Part shown: in pieces, positions 34,370-47,089 of the stretch | How positions within the stretch are numbered: position 1 is the first letter of the stretch | Layout of the letters: each line of letters opens with the position of its first letter | Assembly (NCBI GenBank): GCA_030390025.1 | Contig: CM059432.1 | Location: forward strand, 86,740,001 to 86,804,000 | Direction of reading: 5' to 3' | From: Squalus acanthias | Taxonomy: Eukaryota | Length of the DNA stretch: 64,000 nt | Notes under the pieces: generated by a model | Databases searched by the model: none | Told to the model about the DNA's origin: nothing | What the model saw: only the letters and a program-made list of their open reading frames with translations | Position numbers and translations under genes: made by a program

Positions 34370-35110
34370 CTGCTTTAGATTACAAGACAGATTTGGATGA
34401 AAAGGGCCTTCCAGCCCATTTGATCTTTTCCTTCCAAAATACCAACTCTACCATCTTCCTATTTTGATATTTAATTGCTTTTTAAATAAACCCAGGATCC
34501 TGGCCTCCGCCATCATTCCTGGCTACCTGTTCTGTGTTTATGACTTTCTTTGCAATGAGAAATTTCCTGGCATCAGTCCCAATTGTTTCCTTCACAACCC
34601 TGACCCTGAGGCCTCTTGTCCTGCTGCTGAGTTGCAAAGCATTCCTCTAGGTTAAGTATCTTTATCTCTAGAAGGCCTCCTCTGAAAAGTCTCATTTTGA
34701 GCTGAAGAGCCTTAGCCGTCAAGTAGTTTCTCATTAGCTCTTTCTTTGACACCGAGGATCGACTGTGTCGCTCTTCCCTGGACTCCTTCTAGGATCTTTT
34801 TATATAACAACCAGAACTGTACACAGTACTCAAGCTGAGGATAACCAGGACGCACTACAGCTTCAAAATGGCTTCTGGGGATTCGAACTCAACTGTTTTG
34901 GCAATGTGACCAAGCATTCTGTTCACTTTGTTTATCGCAACTTCAAATTATTTAAACATGGCATGTCAGCTAACATCCACAGATCTCTTTTAACTTCTCT
35001 TTTGCAAGTACTATGCCACTCTTAAAGTATACATGTCTCCTTCTAATATACAGTACATTTTCCCAAATTGAACTTAATTGCCTACTGATTTGCCAAAGTG
35101 TAAACTTTGT
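34370..35110 (-). mobile_element. Old degenerate CR1 3' portion
   Basis: CCAGAACTGTACACAGTACTCAAG (LEYCVQFW on minus) and a CR1-like 3' UTR. Confidence 0.6.
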
Positions 35111-37774
35111 CTACCTCTCTTTCAGAGACAAGACCACTTCAGTGCTGCCAACTGAGCTAAGGGTCAGCATGGCTCAGTTGGCAGCACTCATCGCCAAGTT
35201 CAAGCCTCACTCCAGGACCCAAGTGCACAGTACAGTGCCAAACTGCCCAAGAAGCCATTCATAAAGTTATAAATCATCTGAAAAAGATCAAGCAGCTCCT
35301 CTAATGTTCTGAAAATATTGCCGTATACCAAATAGCCAAAGTCACTGCCTCCCTTCCATCATCCAGTCAGACCTGACCTTGCTGCAGCAAAATTGCCTTT
35401 GCACCCACTCACACAACTATCACTGCACCCCAAAGCAACCCACCATATATAAAGTACCCCAAGAAACACACCACATAGTTATTTACCTGTAATTATTAGT
35501 AATCAAGGATTTATTAAAATACAAATGTGGTATACATCAGGGATATATAAACACTGAAAAATGTATATTGTTGTAAATTACTTTAGGCAGAACTGCAAAT
35601 TACAAACTTTTTACCTAGATTGTAAATTTGAAGTCACAATTTTAAGAGCTGTTGCTTTAAGTGAGGCACCCATCATCAGTATTCTTATAAACACAGGTGC
35701 AGAGTCAGCAAATAGTTTGTAAATGTAAAATAACAAATTCTTAACAGAAGTGCACACCCCAGCCTTTTGACAGGTTTAAGAAAGTATGATTTATGTGGAA
35801 GGAAGCATAATTGTTTGTGGAAAGTTGGGAAAAGCTAAAAGGTTAATGAGACAGACATATATTAATCCAAAGAGAAGTTTTCACATAGAATAAAACAGCA
35901 TGTGAATTCATATGATCAATTGCTGCTTTTCTTCTTTGGTGATGGTGTCTATTGCATCCATTTTTTGCAATGGTTAGTGACTTTTGGTTCAATTTTCCTA
36001 TGACGTGGATCCCTTACACCATGCATCAAGATCCCCTGGCAGTCTAGCAGAGACTTCTGTACCAGCCACTTTTTGGAATAGGCTATTAGCGAAGAGTCTT
36101 CCTGCCATGTTAATATCTGAATGCCCCACTCATGTCCTCCTGCAAAACTGAATCAAGCCTCAGATGGTGACTTCTCAAGCACAGGAATAAGTACACCAAC
36201 TTATCAAAAAGTAAACTTTAGTGGTCGCAGAGATGCAGAATGGCACACAACAAAAAGGTTACTAATAAAGTTTGATAGTGATAGTAATTCCAATTACTAT
36301 ATCTATCCAATGTACAGCAGGAGGCTGAATCAGAACTGCTTCGTAGCATTACCCATCTGCAAGTTTACCACCGGTGAAACTCTCACCACATGCCTTTAGC
36401 ATCTCCAAGCTAAACATCTTGCCTTCTTTCAAAGGAAAACAATTCACGCTCCTCATAACTCAATTGGTTGACACCCGACACCTCGTGGGTCTTCTCTGCA
36501 CTACCTCCATTGCTTGAACATTGTTGGTGGCATAAACTGAACATAATACTCAAGGTGCAGTCTGACGAGGGCACTGAACAGTTTTAACATGGCATCATTT
36601 AACATAATCTGCTGATAAGGCAAAATAATTTAGCAATCTTTTCATTTTATTTATTGTAGTTACAGTGATTTGGCATGTCAAGTGTTGAATCCGTCACCTC
36701 CAGATCCCTTTCTGCTTTATCTTTAGCTGTTTCTACAACAAATATAGCAGGGGTTCCCAAACTGTGGTACGTGCACCCCTGGGGGTACGCAAGACTTCTC
36801 TTGGTGGGGGAGGGGAGGGTACGTGGGAGAAATTGTCTAATGGTGGATTTTATTTATTATTTTATTTATTTATTGCATTTTAATAATGGGCTACTCAGAG
36901 GAAGCTTTAAAACTCTGGGAATTTGTTATATAAAGTAGTTAATTTACTTCAAGATGTACCAATGAGAACACAGATACAGAGAGGCTAATGACGTACAGAG
37001 CCCTCACCTCCAATCACCGTACACTACAGCATGGTTTCAGTTGCCCAGCAACTGTCCAGTTTAAACTGAGCTCAGAACAAAGTCGTTTTTTTTTTGGTTG
37101 TATACGTCGTACTGTAACTATATCTCCCAGGACTCAGTGGAAAAATGGACAAATGGCTAAAGACAGGTAGTGTAAGAAGAACACAAAGTATCAGTGATGA
37201 GATGCAAAGTAATTAAATTTGTCTTGCCAGTACCAGCGCACTTGTTGAAATCGCTGGTGAGACAATGCGAATCTCAGCCTGTGAAGCTAAATGTTTACAC
37301 CAGGCACAAAACAGGATCTATATCACAGAGACGTAAATATGACGAAGAGTGCATCGAAATTGCTTTTACTTGGACTGGAACCGGTGAATACCCTCAGCCA
37401 CAGTGTGTCGTGTGGTGGAGTCCTGTCAAATAACAGCCTAAAACCATCTCTTCTACGCAGATGTTAAACTTTATAAAAGCTCGACCCTTGAATTCCAGAA
37501 TATTTTCCGCACTATGTAATGAGATGGGAAGCAAGCATGTCAATCTATTGCTCCATACAGAGGTTTAATGACTGTCTCATGGCAAGGTCTTGGCATGTTT
37601 CTTTCAACTTCACTCGGAGGTCAAGTTATTCTTTACAGACCACCCATTCCCACTCTCTCACTGTCTGCATGACATGCCCTGGCTCTCACGGCTCGGCTAC
37701 TTGTCATATATTCTCTCGCCTGAATGAGCTAAATCTAGGACTTCAAAGGCTGAGTGCAACCATCTTCAACGTCC

Positions 37775-40219
37775 TTCTTTCTTCTTAGGCAGTCCCTCGG
37801 AACCGAAGATGACTTGCTTTCACATTAAAAATGAGTTCTCAAGTGACTGATGAGTCCAATGCGGGACCTACAGTCTCTGTCACAGGTGGGGCAGACGGTG
37901 GTTGAAGGGGCGGGTGGGTGGGGAGCTTGGGTTGACGTGCGCTCCTTCCTCTGTTTGCACTTGGCTTCCGCGTGCTCCCAGCGAAGAGACTCGAGGTATT
38001 CGGCGCCTTCCCGGATGCTTCTCCTCCACTTTGTACGGTCTTGGGCCAAGGATTCCCAGGTGTCGGTGGGGATGTTGCACTTTTTCAAGGAGGCTTTGAG
38101 GGTATCCTTGAAGTGTTTCCTCTGCCCACCTGGGGCTCTCTTGCCGTGTCGGAGCTCCGAGTAGAGCGCTTGTTTTGGGAGTCTCGTATCGGGCATGCGG
38201 ACGATGTGACCCGTCCATCGGAGCTGATCGAGCGTGGTCAAAGCTTCGATGCTGGGGATGTTGGCCTGAGCGAGAACACGGACGTTGGTGCGCCTATCCT
38301 GCCAATGGATTTGCAGGATCTTGCAGAGGCAGCGTTGGTGGTACCTCTCCAGTGCATTGAGGTGCCTGCTGTACATGGTCCATGTCTCTGAAGCATATAG
38401 GAGGGCGGGTATTACTACTGCTCTGTAGACCATGAGCTTGGTGCCGGGTTTGAGGTCCTGGTCTTCAAACACACTCTTCCTCAGGCGACCGAAGGCTGCA
38501 CTGGCACACTGAAGGCGGTGTTGGACTTCGTCATCGATGTCTGCCCTTGTTGACAGTAGGCTCCCGAGGTATGGAAAGTGGTCCACGTTGTCCAAGGCCT
38601 TGTCGTGGATTTTGATAATCGGGGGGGCAGTACTGTGTGGCGGGGGCAGGTTGGTAGAGATCTTTGTCTTATGGATGCTTAGTGTAAGGCCCATGCTCTC
38701 ATACGCTTCGGTGAAGGTGTTAACGATGGTTTGGAGTTCGACCTCCAAGTGTGTGCAAACGCAAGCGTCATCTGCATACTGTAATTCGACGACAGAGGAA
38801 GGGACGACCTTGGATCTGGACTGAAGGCGACGGAGGTTGAACAGTTTCCCGTTTGTTCTGTAAATTAGCTCCACTCCAGCGGAGAGCTTACTGAGGGTGA
38901 GATGGAGCATTGCCACAAGGAAGATCAAGAAGAGTGTTGGTGCGATGACACAGCCTTGCTTGACCCCGGTCCATACATGAATTGGGTCTGTGGTGGAACC
39001 ATTGGTCAGGATCACGGCTTGCATGTCGTCGTGAAGCAGGCGGAGGATGGTGACAAACTTTTGAGGGCAGCCGAATTTGAGGAGGACACTCCATAATCCC
39101 TCACGGTTGACAGTGTCAAAGGCCTTTGTGAGGTCAAAGAAGGCCATGTACAGCAGTTGGTGCTGTTCCCTGCATTTCTCTTGTAATTGGCGCGCGGTGA
39201 AGATCATGTCCATTGTGCCCCTTAGTGGGCGGAATCCACATTGCGACTCTGGGAGGAGCTCTTCAGCCACTGGGAGAAGGCGATTGAGGATTCTTGCGAT
39301 TACTTTCCCTGTGGCAGACAGCAGGGAAACTCCTCTGTAATTACCGCAATTGGACTTGTCACCTTTCTTGAGGATGGTCACAATTACAGCGTCTCTGAGA
39401 TCCCCTGGCATGCTCTCCTCCTTCCAGATAAGAGAAATGAGTTCATGAATTCGCGCCAGTAGTGCTTCTCCGCCATGCTTTAGCGCCTCGGCAGGGATTC
39501 CATCTGCTCCTGAGGCCTTGTGGTTCTTCAGTTGTCTGATGGCCTTTTCAACCTCATGCCGGGCTGGGGTTGTGCTGAGATGGTGGCGGGTAGCATGCTG
39601 CGGGATGGAGTTGAGGACACTCGCGTCGAAGACAGAGTCTCGGTTAAGGAGATCTTCGAAGTGCTCCTTCCAGCGGGCACTGACTGCCACCCTGTCCTTG
39701 ATGAGTACCGCTCTGTTCTTGGCCCGCAGTGGGGTAGGACCTTGGGTGCTTGGGCCGTAGGCAGTCTTGACTGCGCTAAAGAATCCACGCACATCGTGGT
39801 TGTCGGCTAGCTGCTGGATCTCCTGCACTTTCTCCACCCACCATCTGTTCTTTAGGTCGTGAGTTTTTTGTTGGACCTCGGCCTTCAGGCGTCTGTAGAG
39901 CTGCTTTCTTGCTCTTGAGTTCTGTTGCTGTTTCCAGATCAGGAATGCCTTGCGCTTGCGACTTATTAGCTGCTGGATCTTCTGGTCGTTCTCGTCGAAC
40001 CAGTCTTGGTGTTTCCTGGTCGAGTGACCGAGGTGCTGATTATGGAGGCCTTGAGTGCAGACCAGGCGCTGTGGACACTCTGTGTCTCTGCATCACTGGG
40101 AGTCGTCAGGTTGTTTGTGAGGTGCAGGCTGAATAGGGCTTTCTTAGCGGGGTCTTTGAGTGCTCCAGCGTTGATTTTCCTGCGGCATTGTTTCTGTTGC
40201 CGCCGCTGTCTAGGATTTT
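37775..40219 (-). mobile_element. Young 5'-truncated RTE-clade LINE
   Basis: GC/CpG-rich; GTCC duplicated at both ends, splitting transposase FNV|QNK; short AAG tail. Confidence 0.92.
37825..39837 (-). CDS. RTE reverse transcriptase with C-terminal C2H2 zinc finger (open 670 aa; endonuclease missing)
   Basis: KASGADGIPAE, NYRGVSLLS, ESQCGFR, FDLTKAFDTV, GVKQGCVIAP, LQYADD, FPYLGS, CPTCDRDCRSRIGLISHLRTH. Confidence 0.88.
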   Translation of the reverse strand: MEKVQEIQQLADNHDVRGFFSAVKTAYGPSTQGPTPLRAKNRAVLIKDRVAVSARWKEHFEDLLNRDSVFDASVLNSIPQHATRHHLSTTPARHEVEKAIRQLKNHKASGADGIPAEALKHGGEALLARIHELISLIWKEESMPGDLRDAVIVTILKKGDKSNCGNYRGVSLLSATGKVIARILNRLLPVAEELLPESQCGFRPLRGTMDMIFTARQLQEKCREQHQLLYMAFFDLTKAFDTVNREGLWSVLLKFGCPQKFVTILRLLHDDMQAVILTNGSTTDPIHVWTGVKQGCVIAPTLFLIFLVAMLHLTLSKLSAGVELIYRTNGKLFNLRRLQSRSKVVPSSVVELQYADDACVCTHLEVELQTIVNTFTEAYESMGLTLSIHKTKISTNLPPPHSTAPPIIKIHDKALDNVDHFPYLGSLLSTRADIDDEVQHRLQCASAAFGRLRKSVFEDQDLKPGTKLMVYRAVVIPALLYASETWTMYSRHLNALERYHQRCLCKILQIHWQDRRTNVRVLAQANIPSIEALTTLDQLRWTGHIVRMPDTRLPKQALYSELRHGKRAPGGQRKHFKDTLKASLKKCNIPTDTWESLAQDRTKWRRSIREGAEYLESLRWEHAEAKCKQRKERTSTQAPHPPAPSTTVCPTCDRDCRSRIGLISHLRTHF

Positions 40220-41689
40220 GTCCAGAACAAAATTGAATCAATGATAAAAAAGCTGGAATTCTGGGCTCGCTTTGTGAAGAACAACAACACTGAAATTTTC
40301 TCAAACATGCGTGAATTCCTGACAATGAATGAACTACAGTTGCAGGACAGTGTTAAAGGTGACATCAAGCAACATCTCACTGAACTGGGGAGGCCATTAC
40401 GCGAGTACATTCCCTCAATGAGAAACGCAAACAGCTGAGTCCGCTACCCTTTCACAAATTTTTCTGCAGTATGCATACCGCAAGACACGTCAATAAAAGA
40501 ACAAGAGAACCTCCTGGACATCTCAACTGATGGCGGACTCAAGATTGAGTTCCAAAAAAAGCAGTGAGGTTTTGGGTCCAAATCCGAGCAGAGTGCCTCA
40601 AATTGTCAGACAGGGAAGTCAAGGTTTTGATACCATTTGCTACAACTTACCTGTGTGAAAGTGGATTTTCATCACTCACTTGAATGAAATCAAAGTATCG
40701 TCAGCGGCTTTGTGTAGAAAACAACTTGCAACTCAAAGTATCACCTATCACTCCAAACATTATGTGCCTATGCTCGAACAAACATCCTCATCCATCACAT
40801 TAATGGTGAGCAGTACGATTAAGCCATTGTTTAAGTTGTATATGTGTATTATAATTTGTACATTTTGTACAATGCTTGGGCATTAAAGGGGTTAAAATAT
40901 GAATCCTGTATATGGTGGGGGTACGCAGGCAGCTGGTAGATCTGGAAGGGGGTACACAATAAGTAAAGTTTGGGAACCTCTGATCTATAGTATACTTATT
41001 GCATGCATCTTTCCTTCCATGTGTGGCACCTTGAGCCTGTATTGAATTCCCTCTGCCCAAAAATCCATATCTGCAGACTAACAAGATAAATAAGTATAAG
41101 GAAAGCAATGCAGCCCCATCTTAATTCATCCATACAGAAAGACTCTAAAGTCTCAACTGTTTCTTAAATGATCCCAAGGTTTATCGTTCACAATACACTA
41201 CTCGATTCCATACTCATACTCAATTCCACGTGTTGAGTCATTCTGTGTGAATAGCAGCAACCTGACATCATTCCTAAATTGGCTTTTTACTAGATTGAAC
41301 CTGTTTCCCCTCATCTTACTCTCGCAATTTAGTTTGAGGTCATTTTCCAAATTTATTTTAGCTCTAATATTTACTATCTTATATAACTAAATAGGAAGAT
41401 CCCTGGGTGCCCCATTCAACACTCACCCTTCCTCCAACGGAACTCCTCTACAACAACAATTTTGTTGACATCCTCTAATAAGTAATCTTTGTTTTCTACC
41501 CTTCAGCCATTTTTTTTTAATCAGTCTGCTTTGAGCAGATTCTTTTATATGGAATTTTGTCAAATGTTTTTTGGAAGTCTAGATACACCACATCCACTGG
41601 GAATGTAATTTCCTGAAAAAAGTCAAGGAGGTTGGTCATGCAGGATCTTTTCTTTCTGAATTTATGAAGAATCTATGATGACTCTGAGA

Positions 41690-44600
41690 ATAAGGATGAA
41701 GACTGTCGGAAGGACAGCCAGAAGGTGGACCATGGCACCTTGGAGCCGGACGCTGTCCAAAAAGGCAGGGGGGCGGGGGGAAAGAGAGAGGAGGAGGAGG
41801 GGAAGCATAATGTGGTAGCTGTAGGGATTCAATAATTAAGGGGACAGAAAGCATCTTTTGTAAGCAGGATCGAGAGTCCCACATGGTATGTTGCCTACCT
41901 GGTGCCAGGGTGAGGGACATCTCGAACCTGCTTGAAAGGATATTGGAGAGGGAGGGGGAGGATCCAGTCGTTGTGTGCCATGTTGGAACCAACAACAGAG
42001 GGAAGAGTAAGCAAAAGGGCCTGTTTGGAGAGAACCCAGAACTAAGAGCTAAATTAAAAAAACAGGACCACAAGGGTTATAATCTCCGGATTATTACCAA
42101 AGCCACATGCAAATTGGCATAGGGATAAGCAGATTAGGTAGGTGAACATGTGGCTGAAGGAGTGGTGTGGGAAAGAGGGGTTCATTTCATGAGACACTGG
42201 CACCAGTATTGGGACAGGAAGGAACTGTACCATTGGGACGGGTTCCACCTGAACCAGACTGAGACTAGGGTCCTAGCAGAAAGGATAAATAGGGTGGTCA
42301 CAAGGACTTTAAACTAGTAAATGGGACGGGGGGAGGGCTCAGGTGGAAAATGTAGCATAAATAATAGTTCTAAAACAAATGAAAGGGAAGAGAGTAGACT
42401 AACAGTCAGAAATTGTGCTTTAGGCACTACAGGTAAAGGGAAAACTAAAAGATATAAAGTGATTAAACCAGGAGAGATAAATAAGAAACATATGAATAAA
42501 ATATTAGAGCTGAAGGACAGGTTAGGGTGTGTGGCCCAAATAAGCATTCTTTATACAAATGCACAGAGTACAAGGAATAAATTGGATGAACTGCAGGTGC
42601 AAATTCAACTTGGAGGGTATGACATGGTAGCCATTATTGAGACATGGCTGCAAGACAGTCAGGACTGGGAACTAAATATACCAGGTTATAAGGTCTACAG
42701 GAAAGATAGGGAAAAATGATAGAGGGGGAGGAGTAGCCTTAGTGATTAAGGATGAAATCACTTCAATGATGAGAGAGGATATAACGAGAGGTAAGCCAGG
42801 AGTGGAGACTTTATGGGTAGAATTAACAAATAGGAAAGGATTTAAGACTGTCGTGGGAGTTGTGTATAGGCCCCCAGATAGCAGTTCTGAAGTGGTAGAG
42901 TCTATAAATGCAGAGATTAGACAAGCATGTAGCAAAGGCAGAGTGATTTTAATGGGGAATCTTAACTTTCATATAGATTGGGATAAACAGACTAGCACGT
43001 CGGAAAAGTAGTGAATTTCTTGAGTATGTCCGGGATAGATTTCTGCAACAATATGTCCTAGAACCAACAAGGGGGCATGCCATATTAGATTTAGTAATGA
43101 GCCAGATTTAGTTAACAGCCTATCGGTGCGTGAACATTTATCTAATAGCGATCATAACATGATCAAGTTCAACGCAGTGTTTGAAAGCGAGAAACGCGAA
43201 ACAGCTACTAAGATTCTAGTAAGGCCAACTTTAATGCAATGAGACAGAGACTGTCCACAGTAATCTGGACAAATCTGTTAATGGGTAAAACGACAGAAGA
43301 TCAGTGTTCAAAAAATAATTTAATGTGATAAAGAACGAGTTTATACCCCTAAGGGACAAGAGCGCTACCTGCCAAAAATAAGCCATAGACGACGAAACAG
43401 GTAAGAGACAGCATAAAACAAAGAAAAAGCATACAAAAATGCAGAAAATAGCACCGATCCTGGCAAATGGGAAAGTTACAAAGAACAGCAAAGGGTGGCA
43501 AAACAGATAGTAAAGAGCTATAAAAAGGGAGTATGAAAAGAAACTTGCAAGGGATATCAAAATCAACACCTTTTTTTACAATTATATTAGGAAAATGTCA
43601 GGAGCAATGTTGGCCTGTTGAAAACTGATAACGGTGATATTGACAATGAAAATAAGGAAATGGCGAATATGTTGAATAATTACTTTGTCAGTATTACAGT
43701 AGAGGAAGAGGTCAGCATGCCGGAAATCCCAAGAAAACTAATAGTTATTCAAAGACAGGGTCTCACCAAAATTAACCTAAGCAAAATAACAGTAATGATG
43801 AAAATAATGGCACTAAAGAGTGACAAATCCCCAGATGGTTTCCATCCCGGGTTTTAAAGGAAGTAGGTGAGCACAATGCAGGTGCCCCAACTATAATCTT
43901 CCAAAGTTCTCTCGATTCAGGAACTGTTCCTTTAGATTGGAAACTGCGCATGTCACTCCACTATTTAAGAACGGCGAGAGAGGGAAATCAGGGAATTATA
44001 GAACAGTTAACCTAACATCTGTTGTCAGGAAATTACTAGAGTCTATAATTAAGAATAGGGTGACTGAACACCTTGGAAATCTTCAGCTGATCAGAGAGAG
44101 CCAGCATGGATTTGTAAAGAGTAGGTCGTACCTAACAAACCTGATTGAAGTTTTTGAAGAGGTGACTAAAGTACAGGGGAATGTCTATGGATGTTATTTA
44201 TATGGACTTCCAGAAGGCATTTGATAAAGTCCCTCATAAGAGACTATTAACTGAAGTTGAAGCCCATGCAATTGAAGGCAAATTATTGACCTGGTTAGGA
44301 AATTGGCTGAGCAGCAGGAGAGAGAGAGTAGGGATAATGGGTAGGTACTCTAATTGGCAGGATGTGATAAGTGGTGTCCCGCAAGGATGTGTTGGGGCCT
44401 CAACTATTCACCCTACTTATTAATGGCTTAGATGATGGGATAGAAAGCTACATATCCAAATTTGCCGATGGCACAAAGATAGGCAGCATTGTAAGCAGTG
44501 TAGATGTAAGCATAATATTACAAAGAGATACTGATAGATTAAGCAAATGGGCAAAACTGTGGCAAATGGATTTCAATGTAGACAAGTGTGAGGTCATCCA

Positions 44601-45370
44601 CTTTGGACCTAACAAGGTACTTTCTAAATAGTGAAAAGCTAAAAACAGTGGAGGTCCAAAGAGACTTGGGGCTCCAGGTACATAGATCATTAAAATGTCA
44701 TGAACAGGTACAGAAAATAATCAAAAAGGCTAACGGAATGTTGGCCTTTATATCTAGAGGACTGGAATACAATGGGGTAGAAGTCATGTTTCAGCTATAC
44801 AAAGCCCTAGTTAGACCACAACTGGAGTAGTGTGAGCAGTTCTGGGCACTACACCTTAGGAAGGATATATTGGCCTAGGAGGGAGTGCAGCATAGGTTTA
44901 CCAGAATGATACCCGGACTCCAAGGGTTAAATACGAGGAGAGATTACACAAACTAGAGTTGTATTCCCTGGAATTTAGAAGGGTAAGGGGTGATCTGATC
45001 GAAGTTTTCAAGATATTAAAGGGGAACAGATAGGGTAGATAGAGAGAAACTATTTCCACTGGTTGGGGAGTCTAGGACTCGGGCAGAGTCTAAAAATTAG
45101 AGCCAGACCTTTCAGGAGTAAATTTAGGAAACACTTCTACACACATAAGGTGGTAGAAGTTTGGAACTCTCTTCCGCAAACGGCAATTGATGCTAGGTCA
45201 ATTGTTAATTTTAAACCTGAGATTGATAGATTTTTGTTAACCAAAAGGTATTAAGGGATATGGGCCAAAGGCAGGTATATGGAGTTAGGTCGCAGATCAG
45301 CCATGATCTCATTGAATGGTGGAACAGGCTCGAGGGACAAAATGGCCTACTCCTGTTCCTATAATCTATG
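41690..45370 (+). mobile_element. Near full-length CR1 (ORF1 SGNH esterase plus ORF2), decayed
   Basis: VGDSII, CCLPGARV, HVGTN; LYTNAQS, ETWL, YRPP, QHGF, FADGTK, RPQLE; 3' tail at ~45360. Confidence 0.92.
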
Positions 45371-45610
45371 ATGAATCTAGGATGAATTCTATTTACTAGG
45401 TTATTATTGTACAGATACCCTCCTGACAATAATTTCCATTATTTTACATGTTATCGAAACAAGAGCAATGGGCCTGTAGTTAACCTGCAACTGCTTTGTC
45501 GCCTTTTTTGAAAAGGAGCATGTTAGCCTGTTTCCAATCTAATGATACGACCCTGGCACTCATTGACTCCCTCATAACAAGTGTCAATGTCTCACAAAAG
45601 CTGGAAGTTA

Positions 45611-46414
45611 GGGCTGGATTTTGTCAATGGGGGCGGGACGGGACTGCTGGTTTTCGGGTTTTAGTCCCGCCCCCAACGACATCATGCCAACCCACGCTAT
45701 TTTCCCTTAATTGACCTTGTTAAGCCCGCCCTGCGAGCTTAGCCGGCCAATTAAGGGAAAGCCGGTGACAGAGGTCGTCAGCGTATGACGTTTCACCTGT
45801 CAAAAATTTTCAGCTTTCAGAAGCTGTCAAACACTGACACTCTCTGGTCTAAGGTGAGCCCTTGTACTGAAGACTCACCAAACCTCTTTCCTCAGCAGAA
45901 ATCAGATGGCTGCTTCATCGGAGAATGCAGCAGCGATTCTGTCATCTCTGCCGTTGAGATGAGGCACCTCCGGATCCCCAAGGGTTGAGGCCTGCAGGAA
46001 GAAACAAAGGTAAGGAAACTTTTTCTAACACTTTACACTCACCTCTCATACTTACCTCTCCACACTTGCACCCATCACTCACTTCCACAGCGCACTTTTC
46101 GATCCCTCTCACCCCCGCAGACCCATTGCTTGCCTGACGCGGTTTGCAGCCGTCGGGAAGCCCGCACTTGCAGGGGTAAAACGGGGATAAGCCTCTTAAC
46201 TGCCTGTTAACTAACTGTTAACAGGCAGTTAAATGGCTGTAATCCCCTTCCCGCCTCGAGGAGACGGGTCCCTGCGCAACTCAGGGACCCGCCTCCCAGG
46301 AAGCTGACACAGAGGCGGGTTGGGAGCGGGTTCGGTACCCGCTCCCAGTTTCTGCCATTTTCCCGGCAGTCCCAACTCCATACCCGCCTCTCCAGGGCTG
46401 GCAAAATTCCTCCC
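45611..46414. mobile_element. ~804-bp PIF/Harbinger-like non-autonomous element
   Basis: TIRs GGGCTGGATTTTG / CAAAATTCCTCCC with TTA TSD on both sides; CpG-rich with several internal palindromes. Confidence 0.8.
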
Positions 46415-47089
46415 TTAGTGTTTAGCTTTTTTCCAGGTTTACTTCTGGTCATCTTTTTAACACAGTTCTGCAGGTTCCTCCATCTCAGCGAACCTGCCAC
46501 CTTTCTACTTGCAAAATTTGTGGAGGTCATTCTTCCTCTTTATTTCATTTCTGATTAACTTGTTAACCATTTACAGTTACACAATTTTCATCACCTCTAT
46601 AAAGCACACAGCTCAGAAGGTGAAATGATCTGCCAATAATTGTCAGTGGGATGTGAAAAGGAGTCTACCTGAGGCTATTCCCCAGTCAACAATTCCATTT
46701 GGTGCCAGGAGCCAGTGCAACATGAAGGCATAGAAGCCAAGAACTCTATACTTTTGGAAAGTGTTGCGGCTAGAAGGTCACAGTGACCAACACCAACGTA
46801 GTGAGGAGTGGCATTTGTGTACTAACAGTGTATATGTTACAGCAAGAAGACTGTAATAATCACAATTCCAAAACAGGTCACTAGACAATGATCAGGGCAA
46901 GTACCATGGTCAATATTTTCTCCTTTCAGCCTGGGTCACCTTAAAATTAGCACCACTAGCTTGGCTGAGATTATGTAACAACAGACTGAAAATTGGGGCC
47001 TTTCTGGTCTACATAAGGGAGGAGGAGGAATAACTGGATAATTTACCCAGAGTACAGTCACACAACAGAGCAAAGCACAGGTGCAGGAA

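Larger units (their letters stand above)
36748..40982 (+). mobile_element. hAT (Charlie/Buster-type) DNA transposon, internally deleted, carrying an RTE insertion
   Basis: TIRs CAGGGGTTCCCAAACT / AGTTTGGGAACCTCTG; imperfect 8-bp TSD AAATATAG/ATCTATAG with central TA; subterminal GGGGTAC repeats; transposase pieces MDKWLK, RKYDEE..PQPQCVV, NFIKARPLNSR, LLHTEV, IFSRLNELN, PFATTYLCESGFS. Confidence 0.9.
36310..41640 (-). mobile_element. Old CR1 split by the hAT insertion (36310-36747 and 40983-41640)
   Basis: GAACATAATACTCAAGGTGCAGTCTGACGAGG (LVRLHLEYYV on minus); later TTTTGGAAGTCTAGATACACCACATCC (DVVYLDFQK). Confidence 0.55.

Noticed and set aside
37850..39810. Numerous overlapping plus-strand ORFs
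   Set aside because: Antisense shadows of the GC-rich RTE ORF; the same applies to ORFs opposite CR1 copies.
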